A stretch of DNA of 64,000 bases from Bdellovibrionales bacterium. GTDB taxonomy: Bacteria; Bdellovibrionota; Bdellovibrionia; Bdellovibrionales; JAMPXM01. Positions 40,983-49,623 of the stretch are shown here, piece after piece. Where the stretch lies: contig JAYUEN010000155.1 in assembly GCA_043739185.1 (NCBI GenBank), positions 52,962 to 116,961 of the forward strand. Reading direction: 5' to 3'. Position 1 is the stretch's first letter. Each line of letters starts with the position of its first letter. A program made the translations under genes and the position numbers. A model generated the notes under the pieces. That model was not told the origin of the DNA and did no database searches. It saw only the letters and a list, made by a program, of their open reading frames with translations.

Positions 40983-41405
40983 TTGGGAATTTCAAAGTTC
41001 GTGATATTGTTTTGCTTGGAATTTGCATTTTCAAAAGAGATTTTGAAGCCTGTTCCCGTGCCAACATTGGCAGACGGGGAGCTCGCAGTATTTGACGGGC
41101 AGAAATATAAAAAATTTAGAAGCTATGAAGAAGATGCTTTGGTTCTGAGTTCAGATTGCCAGAGCACTTCAGGTAAAAGGAAATGTGAGGCAAAATTGGC
41201 GGTAGCTCGGGCAACAGAAAAAACTTTTGTGCCTGAGCCAAATATAAGTCCGGCCGCTCACCTCTGTAATGTGGTAGCCGGAACTAGTTTGATTGTTCTA
41301 GATCAAAAGAAACAAGAGCTCAACTTTTGCCAATTTTCTGATGGCTCGATGGTCGGATCGTGGTCGCTCTTTTATAAAATATTTCCCAAGAATATTATCA
41401 AATAA
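40983..41405 (+). CDS. Secreted DUF333-like protein
   Basis: SPAAHLC...G.......FCQFSDGSM...WSL resembles the DUF333 pattern. Confidence 0.6.
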   Translation: MGISKFVILFCLEFAFSKEILKPVPVPTLADGELAVFDGQKYKKFRSYEEDALVLSSDCQSTSGKRKCEAKLAVARATEKTFVPEPNISPAAHLCNVVAGTSLIVLDQKKQELNFCQFSDGSMVGSWSLFYKIFPKNIIK

Positions 41406-41407
41406 TT

Positions 41408-42844
41408 TTATTGTGTCTTTTCTTGCTCTTTGATTTTGTTTGGCAGATGTCGTCTTTTCATTTTGCGGCGTTGGCGAGAAATGGCAAAAAGAGCGACGTC
41501 AGATAAAAATCGAATATAGTATTTAATACCCATTGGATATTTTACAGGTAGCCTAAAGCGATTCATAAATTTAATTGTTGGTTTGGCAATTTTGAACCAT
41601 CCGAAAGAATTCATTTCCTTCATAAAAAAATGCTCAGTATCAAAATAGTAGAGCCGAAGATAGCCATCTTTCAGCTGGGGGTGAGCCACTTCTTCAGAGA
41701 TGGCGTTGGCACCAAAAGCCATATAATACTTTGCGAGATCTCTTGTAGCTAAGCAAACTGAATATTTAACTTTGACTTTAACTATTAGCTCAACCACCAT
41801 ATTTCGAATAATCGTAACCAAAATATCAGACCCCTGAAAAATCGGATCGATCGCTAAGCGAGAAATTTCTATAACATTATCTCTTTGGCAATTTTTAAAC
41901 TTTTCAATTTTATTAAATTCAAAATACTTTTCAAAGGGCAGGTCTTCATTTCGTTTTGCAAACACAAGCCGAAATGTGGCCACAACCGTTTTACCAATTT
42001 GTACCGCGTAAATAAGAGATCGCTCGTCGTAATCATCCTTCATTGTTTGCCAGTCTGAGTCCTCTAATATTTTCCCTTCATTACGATAAGCACGCCAACG
42101 TAGCTTTAATATTTCGCTCAATTCTGCATCTCCGCTTACTAAGGCCATTCGAATATGACCGCGAAAGTTTTTTTGATTGCGAATGAGATGGCTGAGATCA
42201 ACTTCATTTGCATCTAGGTTTGCAATGAGATTTTTTTGAATGAGTGCGTTGAGAGGCTTTGATGGCGTAGCAAAAAGACAACCAAATTCAAGTAGATCTT
42301 GGTTGGCTTGAGCATTCACTATTTTAATGTTGGCCTTGATGGGTTGAAAGCCAGGAAAAGTAAGATCAAAATCGTTTAACTGCAAGCCGGGGGTCAAATG
42401 CTGATTGTTCTTCGTCGTTACCAGTCTCAAACCCGAAACCGAAATATCTTTAACTCGAAAAAACAAAGTGGTGCCGATACTCAAGGGATCTTCTCCACAA
42501 AAAATTCCTTGGCGAACATAATTGAGATCACAGCGAAGCTCGGGATTGAAAAGTTTTTCACTATCTCTTTGAAGTTCAAGCGCGACAGTTCCGTCGGCGG
42601 GATCAATTCTAACAATTTTGGGTTTGGTGTAGCTGCAAATGACCTTTTCACCTAAGAATAAATCGACTTGATCGATTTCACTGTATTGATTATCAAAAAA
42701 TTCGGGACTAAAAATCATAAGACTAAGCGAGTTATAATTGATGAGCTTTGCGTACATTTTCTTTGAGCTACATTCGATTACACAAGTAAAGGTGTCGGTA
42801 ATTTTTTGATCAATGCGGTTGAGAAGTCTCTTACTTGCGCCCAT
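41408..42844 (-). CDS. PilZ-fold domain(s) fused to a FeeM/LuxI-like N-acyl amino acid synthase (GNAT)
   Basis: DISVSG PilZ motif. C-terminal LRWRAY, D.YD..S, VATFRL, LP.E and EISRLAIDP.FQG. Confidence 0.8.
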   Translation of the reverse strand: MGASKRLLNRIDQKITDTFTCVIECSSKKMYAKLINYNSLSLMIFSPEFFDNQYSEIDQVDLFLGEKVICSYTKPKIVRIDPADGTVALELQRDSEKLFNPELRCDLNYVRQGIFCGEDPLSIGTTLFFRVKDISVSGLRLVTTKNNQHLTPGLQLNDFDLTFPGFQPIKANIKIVNAQANQDLLEFGCLFATPSKPLNALIQKNLIANLDANEVDLSHLIRNQKNFRGHIRMALVSGDAELSEILKLRWRAYRNEGKILEDSDWQTMKDDYDERSLIYAVQIGKTVVATFRLVFAKRNEDLPFEKYFEFNKIEKFKNCQRDNVIEISRLAIDPIFQGSDILVTIIRNMVVELIVKVKVKYSVCLATRDLAKYYMAFGANAISEEVAHPQLKDGYLRLYYFDTEHFFMKEMNSFGWFKIAKPTIKFMNRFRLPVKYPMGIKYYIRFLSDVALFAISRQRRKMKRRHLPNKIKEQEKTQ

Positions 42845-44928
42845 TATGATGCCTTTTGATTTCTGTTTATGACTTGGCAGAAATTAATGTCTGTGACCAC
42901 TAAGTAATCTGTGGCTTCTGTTGAGCCCCTTAATACTTTTGATTCAAACTTTATTGATGGTTCAAGACCAATTGCTTCAACATAGGTTTTTGATAAACAA
43001 GCAACCACCTGACCTGATGTATAGCGTTTGCAAACCGATTGCAGGCGTGCGGCCAAATTCACGGTGGTGCCGAGGGCAGTGAAGTTCATTTTGTCCTCAG
43101 TGCCAACTGATCCGACAGAGGCTTCTCCGAAATTCATTCCGATGCCAAAGCGTAGGGCGGGATGTCCACTTCGAGAAAGCTCTTCTTGAAAGCTTGCGAC
43201 TTCGTCAATAATTGATTTAAGAGCCAAAAATGAATTCAACTTATATTGCGAATCCTTTTTGTCTTTTGGTACAAAAAAACAAACGATTTGATCGCCAATG
43301 ATATTGTCAATTATCGCGTCGTGCTTTGCCAGACGATCTGCCAAAAATTGACAATAAATATTTACAAGTTTGAATACATTTTCCGCTGGAATATTTTCAG
43401 TCGCAGCCGTGAAGCCTCTCAGGTCGGCGAAGAAAGATACAATCATTTGACGCTTGGGTTGAATGGTTCCGGTACTCAAATATTGTGAATCTACTACTGA
43501 ATCCAAAACTGGTTTTGGCACATACTTTTGAAAAATTTTGCGAAGCTTAGATTCATTTTCGAGATTCAAGGCATTTTCGAAATACAGTGAAAATATGGAT
43601 CCAATATTTTCAACCAGTGAAACTTCAGTTGCTTTTAATGCCTCATCACCAATATTTCGTGCCACTACGAGAACGCCGAATTTATTTTTTGAGCTTTGAA
43701 GGGGCATTAAAATGAGAGAGCCGACCTGCAAACGCTCAATGAGTGCGCGATTCTCTGGGCGAAGCTGCGATTTGTATATTTCAATATCAGTGATCAGGGC
43801 CGTTTTTCCTGAATCTAGTACCGCAGCAAAAAAACCATCTTTAGCCTCAGGATTTGGATAAATGAATTCAATGGCTCTTGTTTGACCATCCATTTGAAAT
43901 CCGATACTCGAACTCAATGAAAGCCTTTGTCTTTGGGCCGAGACTAAAAACACGGCAACTCTTGAAAAGTTAAAGTGTTTTTGGCAAGCCTTGAGAGTTT
44001 CGTCTATGACACGCGCTGGTTCGAGGTGAGAAATGAGTTCGCCAGAGAGTTGCTTCAGAAGATTGGCCTCATTGAATTGCCGTTCTAATTGTTCTGCCTT
44101 TTCGTAGATCGTCGTATCCTTTTGAATATTTTTGGCATGAAGATCTTCGTCCGCCTTCTGAAGCTGTTTTAAGCTCTGGTAAAGTTTAACAAATAGTAGG
44201 CTGCCTGCGAAGATTAAAACTCCAAGTATGGGGACGATTTTCATTCCTACAAAATTCTGCAATTTTTCAAAACCGTAACCAACAAGTGCGGCAATACAGA
44301 AGTAAAAAATTAATTTTTGAATACGTTTGATTAAAAATATATAGGCTGAATAGCGAACATGAATAGTGAATTCAAATGGTCTTATGACAAGATCATAGTC
44401 GGCAGTACAGCTAAAGCTCTTCAAATTGAAGATGCTCTTAAGTGAGTCAAGTACTCCCAGTGTATTTTGAATGAGCTCGAAATAGAGAGGCTCATTGCTT
44501 TTCATTTTGAATTGCAAATGCCCCAAAGATTTTCTTTCAATTTCAAGATTGCAGACCGCATTTGAATGTCGATAGTTGCGCTTCATGATATTGAGTACGA
44601 TTCCCGGTGTCAGGCTGCGTAGAATAGTAAAATCGACTGCATTAAAAGTTTCAGCGGAAACGTAGTTTTGTCCGATTTTACGGTAGATGTCCGGGTCGCC
44701 AGTTTTTTGGCGAATGATATTTGAGAACTTTTTTCCGAACTCTAACGAAATCCAATTGTGATTAGAGAGTAAATAGTTTTTTGGTACATTCATTTCTTGG
44801 CAAGCTTCATCAAATATTTTTGCGGAGTAATGAGCTTGCAAATAGGAATAGCAATTCTTATACAACTTGGTTGAAAGTTGAGGCTTAAGATACTCAGGCT
44901 TTATGTCTTCAAATTTAGGGTTTTCCAC
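42844..44928 (-). CDS. Class III nucleotide cyclase with H-NOX/V4R-like N-terminal domain, two TM segments and GAF
   Basis: FADLRGFT, IIGD, FGIGMNFG and TALGTTVNLAARLQ motifs. GAF (LILMPL...FGVLVV). N-terminal NWIS...TGDPDI..KIG. TAATG coupling to the downstream gene. Confidence 0.85.
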   Translation of the reverse strand: MENPKFEDIKPEYLKPQLSTKLYKNCYSYLQAHYSAKIFDEACQEMNVPKNYLLSNHNWISLEFGKKFSNIIRQKTGDPDIYRKIGQNYVSAETFNAVDFTILRSLTPGIVLNIMKRNYRHSNAVCNLEIERKSLGHLQFKMKSNEPLYFELIQNTLGVLDSLKSIFNLKSFSCTADYDLVIRPFEFTIHVRYSAYIFLIKRIQKLIFYFCIAALVGYGFEKLQNFVGMKIVPILGVLIFAGSLLFVKLYQSLKQLQKADEDLHAKNIQKDTTIYEKAEQLERQFNEANLLKQLSGELISHLEPARVIDETLKACQKHFNFSRVAVFLVSAQRQRLSLSSSIGFQMDGQTRAIEFIYPNPEAKDGFFAAVLDSGKTALITDIEIYKSQLRPENRALIERLQVGSLILMPLQSSKNKFGVLVVARNIGDEALKATEVSLVENIGSIFSLYFENALNLENESKLRKIFQKYVPKPVLDSVVDSQYLSTGTIQPKRQMIVSFFADLRGFTAATENIPAENVFKLVNIYCQFLADRLAKHDAIIDNIIGDQIVCFFVPKDKKDSQYKLNSFLALKSIIDEVASFQEELSRSGHPALRFGIGMNFGEASVGSVGTEDKMNFTALGTTVNLAARLQSVCKRYTSGQVVACLSKTYVEAIGLEPSIKFESKVLRGSTEATDYLVVTDINFCQVINRNQKAS

Positions 44929-44936
44929 CTGTTAAT

Positions 44937-44966
44937 TCATCGGCTTAGCTCAATTTGCCATTGAGC
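44937..44966 (-). promoter_or_regulatory. Sigma28 (FliA)-like promoter overlapped by an inverted repeat
   Basis: TCAA-N16-GCCGATGA on the minus strand. GCTCAAT-N5-ATTGAGC palindrome at 44948-44966. Confidence 0.45.
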
Positions 44967-45093
44967 ATAAGTGAGCGCTTCTAATTAAAACTAGATTTAG
45001 GTCGGTGAGAGTTGAATGCTCATTTTGAAACACAATTAATTTGAGTCTAAACGACCCGCAAGATAGGATAAAACTCAAACCATAAGGGGCCTT

Positions 45094-45786
45094 ATGCTTG
45101 AATATGAAAATGCAATAAGTCAGCGAATCGATACTCAAACGGCGACGCTCAAGGAGCTTGAAGAAAGCATTCAAAAGGCAGTAGGGAATTTTGAAAATAA
45201 TAATCTGTTAATTGAGAAGATAACTTCAGGTAAACTTAAAATTCAAGACTATCATAGTCTCCTCTTGAGACTTTTTCAGCAGGTCTGGAGAAGCTCGAGT
45301 TCATTTGCTTTGGCGGCAGCCTCAATCGAAATGCAACATCAAATTGGTAGAGAATATCTTTTGCATCATGCAGAAGAAGAAAAAACCCATTGGATTTGGA
45401 TACTCAATGATCTGCGGGGCACTGGTTATGAAGGGCCGGACCCAAGAATGCAGCATTCTCATCTTACAACCGTCGGTTATTATTCGTTTGCAATGTATTT
45501 GGGAGCACATTTCCCAATTGGAAGACTTTGTATGGCCGCCGTGCTTGAAGGCATAAGCGGAAGCCTTGGGCCAAAATATGGTCCAGATGTTGTGAAAACT
45601 TTGAAAATTGATCCTAAGTATATGCAATTTTTTAAATCTCATGGCGAATTGGATCAGGGGCATTCAAAAGAAATCATGGAGGTCATTCGCAAAACTGACC
45701 TGACAGGTTACGAACTATGGAAGCTAGTCGGTGTGGCTCAAAATACAGTTGAGCTCTATAAAGCCATGTACAATTCGGTTATCTAG
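45094..45786 (+). CDS. Heme-oxygenase-like diiron (TenA/PqqC/CADD-type) redox enzyme
   Basis: HAEEEKTH...NDL, VLEG and FF.SHGELDQGH metal-ligand motifs. Confidence 0.85.
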   Translation: MLEYENAISQRIDTQTATLKELEESIQKAVGNFENNNLLIEKITSGKLKIQDYHSLLLRLFQQVWRSSSSFALAAASIEMQHQIGREYLLHHAEEEKTHWIWILNDLRGTGYEGPDPRMQHSHLTTVGYYSFAMYLGAHFPIGRLCMAAVLEGISGSLGPKYGPDVVKTLKIDPKYMQFFKSHGELDQGHSKEIMEVIRKTDLTGYELWKLVGVAQNTVELYKAMYNSVI

Positions 45787-45799
45787 TTGTGCGGTGAAT

Positions 45800-47044
45800 T
45801 CATTTTGAGTAATTTTTTTCGAGTTCCTTAAAGTGAATTGCCTTAAACTGACCTTGGCGTGAACACATTAAATTGCTGGTATCGAATTGGTAGCTGACGA
45901 TAGCAGCTAGTTCGAGATCATAAAACTCCAAATAACAATCTAGAAAGCCAAGCGTATGGCCATACTCATGGCGTATGGCCCATTGAACATTGTATTCACT
46001 TAAGGGCGAATTTTCATCCATCGTAATGATGTCGCCTCCAATGCGATTCACGTGCGGCAGTTGGCCCGGTAAAAATTCAACTCGTGTCAATGCATTTGGT
46101 TGAAACTGAAGTTTCAAATGCCAGTTCAGATTTTGCCATTCATCTTCGATATTGGCTTGTAAAAAGTTTAGAATTTCAAAATTCTGAGGAGTTCGAAAGG
46201 GAATTTGCATATAAGTTTTTGCAGGTTGCTCACTATGCCATTCAACATCTTTTCTTAAAGTAGCCAATTGAAAATAATGGTTCCAATGCTTTTCAGCCTT
46301 TGGGAAATAAAATTTAAAAAAAGCCATCAAACCAGTTTCAGAACTCAATTTCGCGACTTTTGATTTACATAAGTCATAGTCGCGTTCAGCATTGGCGCAA
46401 ATTTGTTTGAGCCAGTCTGATAAAAGCAGCCGACGGGCAGGGACTAGATTTGGCCAATTTTTAAATTCAGCTTCGAGCTCGGGTTCTGATCTTAAAAAGT
46501 AATAGCCTCTTACATCGTGAACCTTAAAATCTACTAATATGGCCAGATATTTTTTTAGGCTATTCCAGCGCACGCTGCTCTGATAAATTTGATCAAGACG
46601 TCGCCCCATTTTTAAGTACAGACTTATTTCAAGAGGGGGAGCTTCAGTCATCCGATTGTGACGAAGTAAAACGGACTGCATCTCTTCGGGCAATTCGGTT
46701 CGAAGCTCAGTGAATGATTTCAGAATCAAATCTTCATTGTAGATACTGGGTTTTTCAATCGGAATTCCCTCTTGCGTTTCTTTTGAGGTAAAGCTCAGGG
46801 GCACTTTCCTTTTTGAATTGATAAATGAAAGCCAAGCGAGGTTTCTTTCGCCGGCGTCGAGAATGATATTGAGTTCAGAGTGAAGTTCACGGGCGGGCTG
46901 TAGATTTTTGTATTCAGAGGCTTTGGCCTCAAGATCGAGGTGAAATGGCAGTACTTGGGCCGAAGCTTTAATTGAAAGAAAACCAAAGGCAAATAATTGC
47001 AAGCAGCGGACTAAGTATTTTTTCTCAAGTAGGAGCGGATACAT
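45800..47044 (-). CDS. Secreted zinc metalloprotease-like protein
   Basis: HEYGHTLGFLD (HExxHxxGxxD) with an NLM Met-turn. Signal peptide ending ASA. Confidence 0.7.
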   Translation of the reverse strand: MYPLLLEKKYLVRCLQLFAFGFLSIKASAQVLPFHLDLEAKASEYKNLQPARELHSELNIILDAGERNLAWLSFINSKRKVPLSFTSKETQEGIPIEKPSIYNEDLILKSFTELRTELPEEMQSVLLRHNRMTEAPPLEISLYLKMGRRLDQIYQSSVRWNSLKKYLAILVDFKVHDVRGYYFLRSEPELEAEFKNWPNLVPARRLLLSDWLKQICANAERDYDLCKSKVAKLSSETGLMAFFKFYFPKAEKHWNHYFQLATLRKDVEWHSEQPAKTYMQIPFRTPQNFEILNFLQANIEDEWQNLNWHLKLQFQPNALTRVEFLPGQLPHVNRIGGDIITMDENSPLSEYNVQWAIRHEYGHTLGFLDCYLEFYDLELAAIVSYQFDTSNLMCSRQGQFKAIHFKELEKNYSK

Positions 47045-47091
47045 CTATATCTTCACTTTCGCTGGCGGCAAAGCGCTGGGCCAAGCAGGCT

Positions 47092-47472
47092 CTAAAAACA
47101 AAATTTCATGGCCGTCTTAATTAAATCGTCGACATCGTTAATCGGTTTTTTCAAAAAGCCTTTAACGCCGAGATTTTTAGTTTTCTCTTCGCCTTGGCCA
47201 TCGGCCGTCATGACCACCACCGGAATAGAAGAAAACCTTTGGTCACGTCTTTGTTCTTCTCGAAAGGTATATCCATCCATGATAGGCATCATAAGGTCTA
47301 GCAAAATAAATGATGGCAGAGTCTTAGTAGTTTTAAGCAGATCAAGTGCTTCTTGGCCATTTGATGCCAAGCGAATATTGAAGCCTTCGCCTTCAAAGAA
47401 CTCTCTCAACAGTGCGCGAAGGTCAGAAGAGTCTTCAACAATTAAGATGTATTTATCAATATTAGATTCCAT
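47092..47472 (-). CDS. Single-domain response regulator (CheY-like)
   Basis: IVED, LLDLMMP.MDG, MTA and KP motifs. Confidence 0.92.
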   Translation of the reverse strand: MESNIDKYILIVEDSSDLRALLREFFEGEGFNIRLASNGQEALDLLKTTKTLPSFILLDLMMPIMDGYTFREEQRRDQRFSSIPVVVMTADGQGEEKTKNLGVKGFLKKPINDVDDLIKTAMKFCF

Positions 47473-47782
47473 CTAGCCCCGACTTTCGAGTGTGACGCTT
47501 TCGTTTTGCTCTGGTTTAAATCCTAAAAGCTCAATATCGGTCATGGCTTGCAATCCGCTTGATAACTGGTTCAAATTTAAGTTGAGTAAACTTTAACACA
47601 AATAGGAATTGATTTATATCAAGCGGAGGATTGCATTGCAAGAAGGCCTAATTATTTAATAAGGATTTAATAATAGTATTTTAGGAGGTTTGATTGGGTT
47701 TGAAATTGATCAATAGCTTCAATCAAAAGATAAAATGAGGGCGAGTTCAGCTGGCCGCGCCGCATCCACGGCTGGGGCCTAG

Positions 47783-49618
47783 TTAATTCCTGCCGAACGG
47801 AAATCCAATTGAGGCATTAGTGGCTTCGCCATTTTTTGCTGCAGGGAATTTCATTTTACGAATAACCTTTAATACACAATCATTTAGAAAGTCGCCATTT
47901 CCGACTTCAGATCTCTTAACCGCGGCATCACTAACTCCACCTTTTGGACTTATATTCCATTCGTATTGAACTCGGCCAACAATACTTGCGTCTTGAAAAA
48001 GAGCGCGTTCATAGCATTGTTGAATTTCACTCACATGTTTATTAACGACTTTTTGAATCTCGGCTTCGTTGAGGCCCTGAGGACCTTTTGCAACTTCAAA
48101 TTTGGGCACGCCTACGACACTGCCTGCAATATTTCTTTTCCCGGCTTTACCTGCGACTCCACCCACTTGGTAGCCCCCTTGAGAAGCTTTAGCGAGGGCA
48201 TCCGATCCTGAGTTTAAGGACTCATTGACCGCGGGATTTCTGCCGTTAGATTTGACCATTTTCATAAGCTGCTTAGATTGCACGCCATCTGCTTTGCTCG
48301 AAGAATTTTTCTGACTGATTTTGATTTCAGAATTTTTTTGTGGAATCGTTGCTGAAGAAAGTGAGCTCAATTGCGCAAGCAAATTCTCTGATTCAATCTG
48401 TTCCTGAGATTTGGCCGGAGGTGCAGGTTTTTGCACAGCTGATTTTTCTGGCTGTGCTTTTTCAGCATGTCTCTCAACGATGTGTTCTGCTAAGACCTTT
48501 TTAACTTTTGTTTTAGGCTTTTCTTTCATCACGATTTTAGGCTTTTCAGGAATCGGCTTGGCTTCAACCACGGGTTCTGGTGGGGGCGGAGTGGCCACTG
48601 GCACCGGTGGCGGGGCGAATATTTGCTTTGGTGGTTCAACTAAGAGTCTTGCATAACGTTCTGGTACATCTTCAATTCTTGGCGCATGACTTTTGGGCGC
48701 CAACATAAAACATATAATACAAAGAATGACATGAAAAAGTCCGGACAGTGAAATGGCGCTTTTAAATTCCTCACGATTCTCAATTAAGGTTCGTTTGACC
48801 AAGGGTCGTGGCTGCTCGACATAACAGATATGCATTTTGATATTGGGCATGAGGTCGATAACAAATGAGCGATTGAAATCGAGGTCAATTAAGTAGTTTT
48901 TAGAATCAAAGTTGACCGATTTTTCACTCGTCAATTCTTCAAAACTGAGTTCGCCCTGAGAGTCGTACAGCTGCCATTTGAATTTCTTCGAAATGCAGAG
49001 ACGGGCTTTGCCATTGTAATAGTCGCCGAATCTAAAGCGTTCGACAAAACTAGGGAGATAAATGGGCTCCATATCATTGGGGCCAAGAACCAATTCGTCG
49101 CCCTTTTGAAATTCACGAATATCAAAAACATCATCGTTCCATAAAACTGTACCTTGAAGAGTCAGATCATCCGTACTCTTGAATTCCTCTACTTCTCTGA
49201 AAGAATATTGATGCGTCGATTTCACGCGATTGAGGCCTGTGAGGCCTCTTGCCATGGGAGATTTTTCTTGAATCTCCCCAGAGACAAGGGTTTTTTCAGG
49301 ATCGTCAAATTGACCTTCTAAGTGCAAACTGAATTTCAAGTCTCCAGCAGAGAATTTTCCGTCTTTGCCGATATTCTGTTGGAGAACTCTTTTTCCGCCA
49401 ACTACAATTCCGTTTCGCGAATTGAGATCTGAAACGAGAATTTGACCTTTTTCGATTGAAATATTTCCGTGTTGGTTTGAAATGAAAGAGTAGTGGGGAA
49501 GGCATAAATGGCATTCACTCGAGCGCCCAAAGACAACCGGAAATTCATCATAACTGCCATCAAAGATGATCGAGTTTTTATAGCTGACTTTGATTTTTAA
49601 AATACAATTGGTTTTCAT
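47783..49618 (-). CDS. GltG/AgmX-like protein: FHA domain, TM, Pro-rich linker, TonB-C-like domain
   Basis: FGRS...ISNQH...DLNSRNG FHA motif. SGLFH TM segment. C-terminal IQQCYERAL...CV......FP. Confidence 0.85.
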   Translation of the reverse strand: MKTNCILKIKVSYKNSIIFDGSYDEFPVVFGRSSECHLCLPHYSFISNQHGNISIEKGQILVSDLNSRNGIVVGGKRVLQQNIGKDGKFSAGDLKFSLHLEGQFDDPEKTLVSGEIQEKSPMARGLTGLNRVKSTHQYSFREVEEFKSTDDLTLQGTVLWNDDVFDIREFQKGDELVLGPNDMEPIYLPSFVERFRFGDYYNGKARLCISKKFKWQLYDSQGELSFEELTSEKSVNFDSKNYLIDLDFNRSFVIDLMPNIKMHICYVEQPRPLVKRTLIENREEFKSAISLSGLFHVILCIICFMLAPKSHAPRIEDVPERYARLLVEPPKQIFAPPPVPVATPPPPEPVVEAKPIPEKPKIVMKEKPKTKVKKVLAEHIVERHAEKAQPEKSAVQKPAPPAKSQEQIESENLLAQLSSLSSATIPQKNSEIKISQKNSSSKADGVQSKQLMKMVKSNGRNPAVNESLNSGSDALAKASQGGYQVGGVAGKAGKRNIAGSVVGVPKFEVAKGPQGLNEAEIQKVVNKHVSEIQQCYERALFQDASIVGRVQYEWNISPKGGVSDAAVKRSEVGNGDFLNDCVLKVIRKMKFPAAKNGEATNASIGFPFGRN

Positions 49619-49623
49619 ACGCA

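Noticed and set aside
33973..44928. Pycsar/CBASS anti-phage system (cyclase plus cNMP-binding TM effector)
   Set aside because: The cyclases are multi-domain membrane sensors and are not in an operon with the cNMP protein, unlike compact two-gene Pycsar loci. Kept only as a signalling hypothesis.
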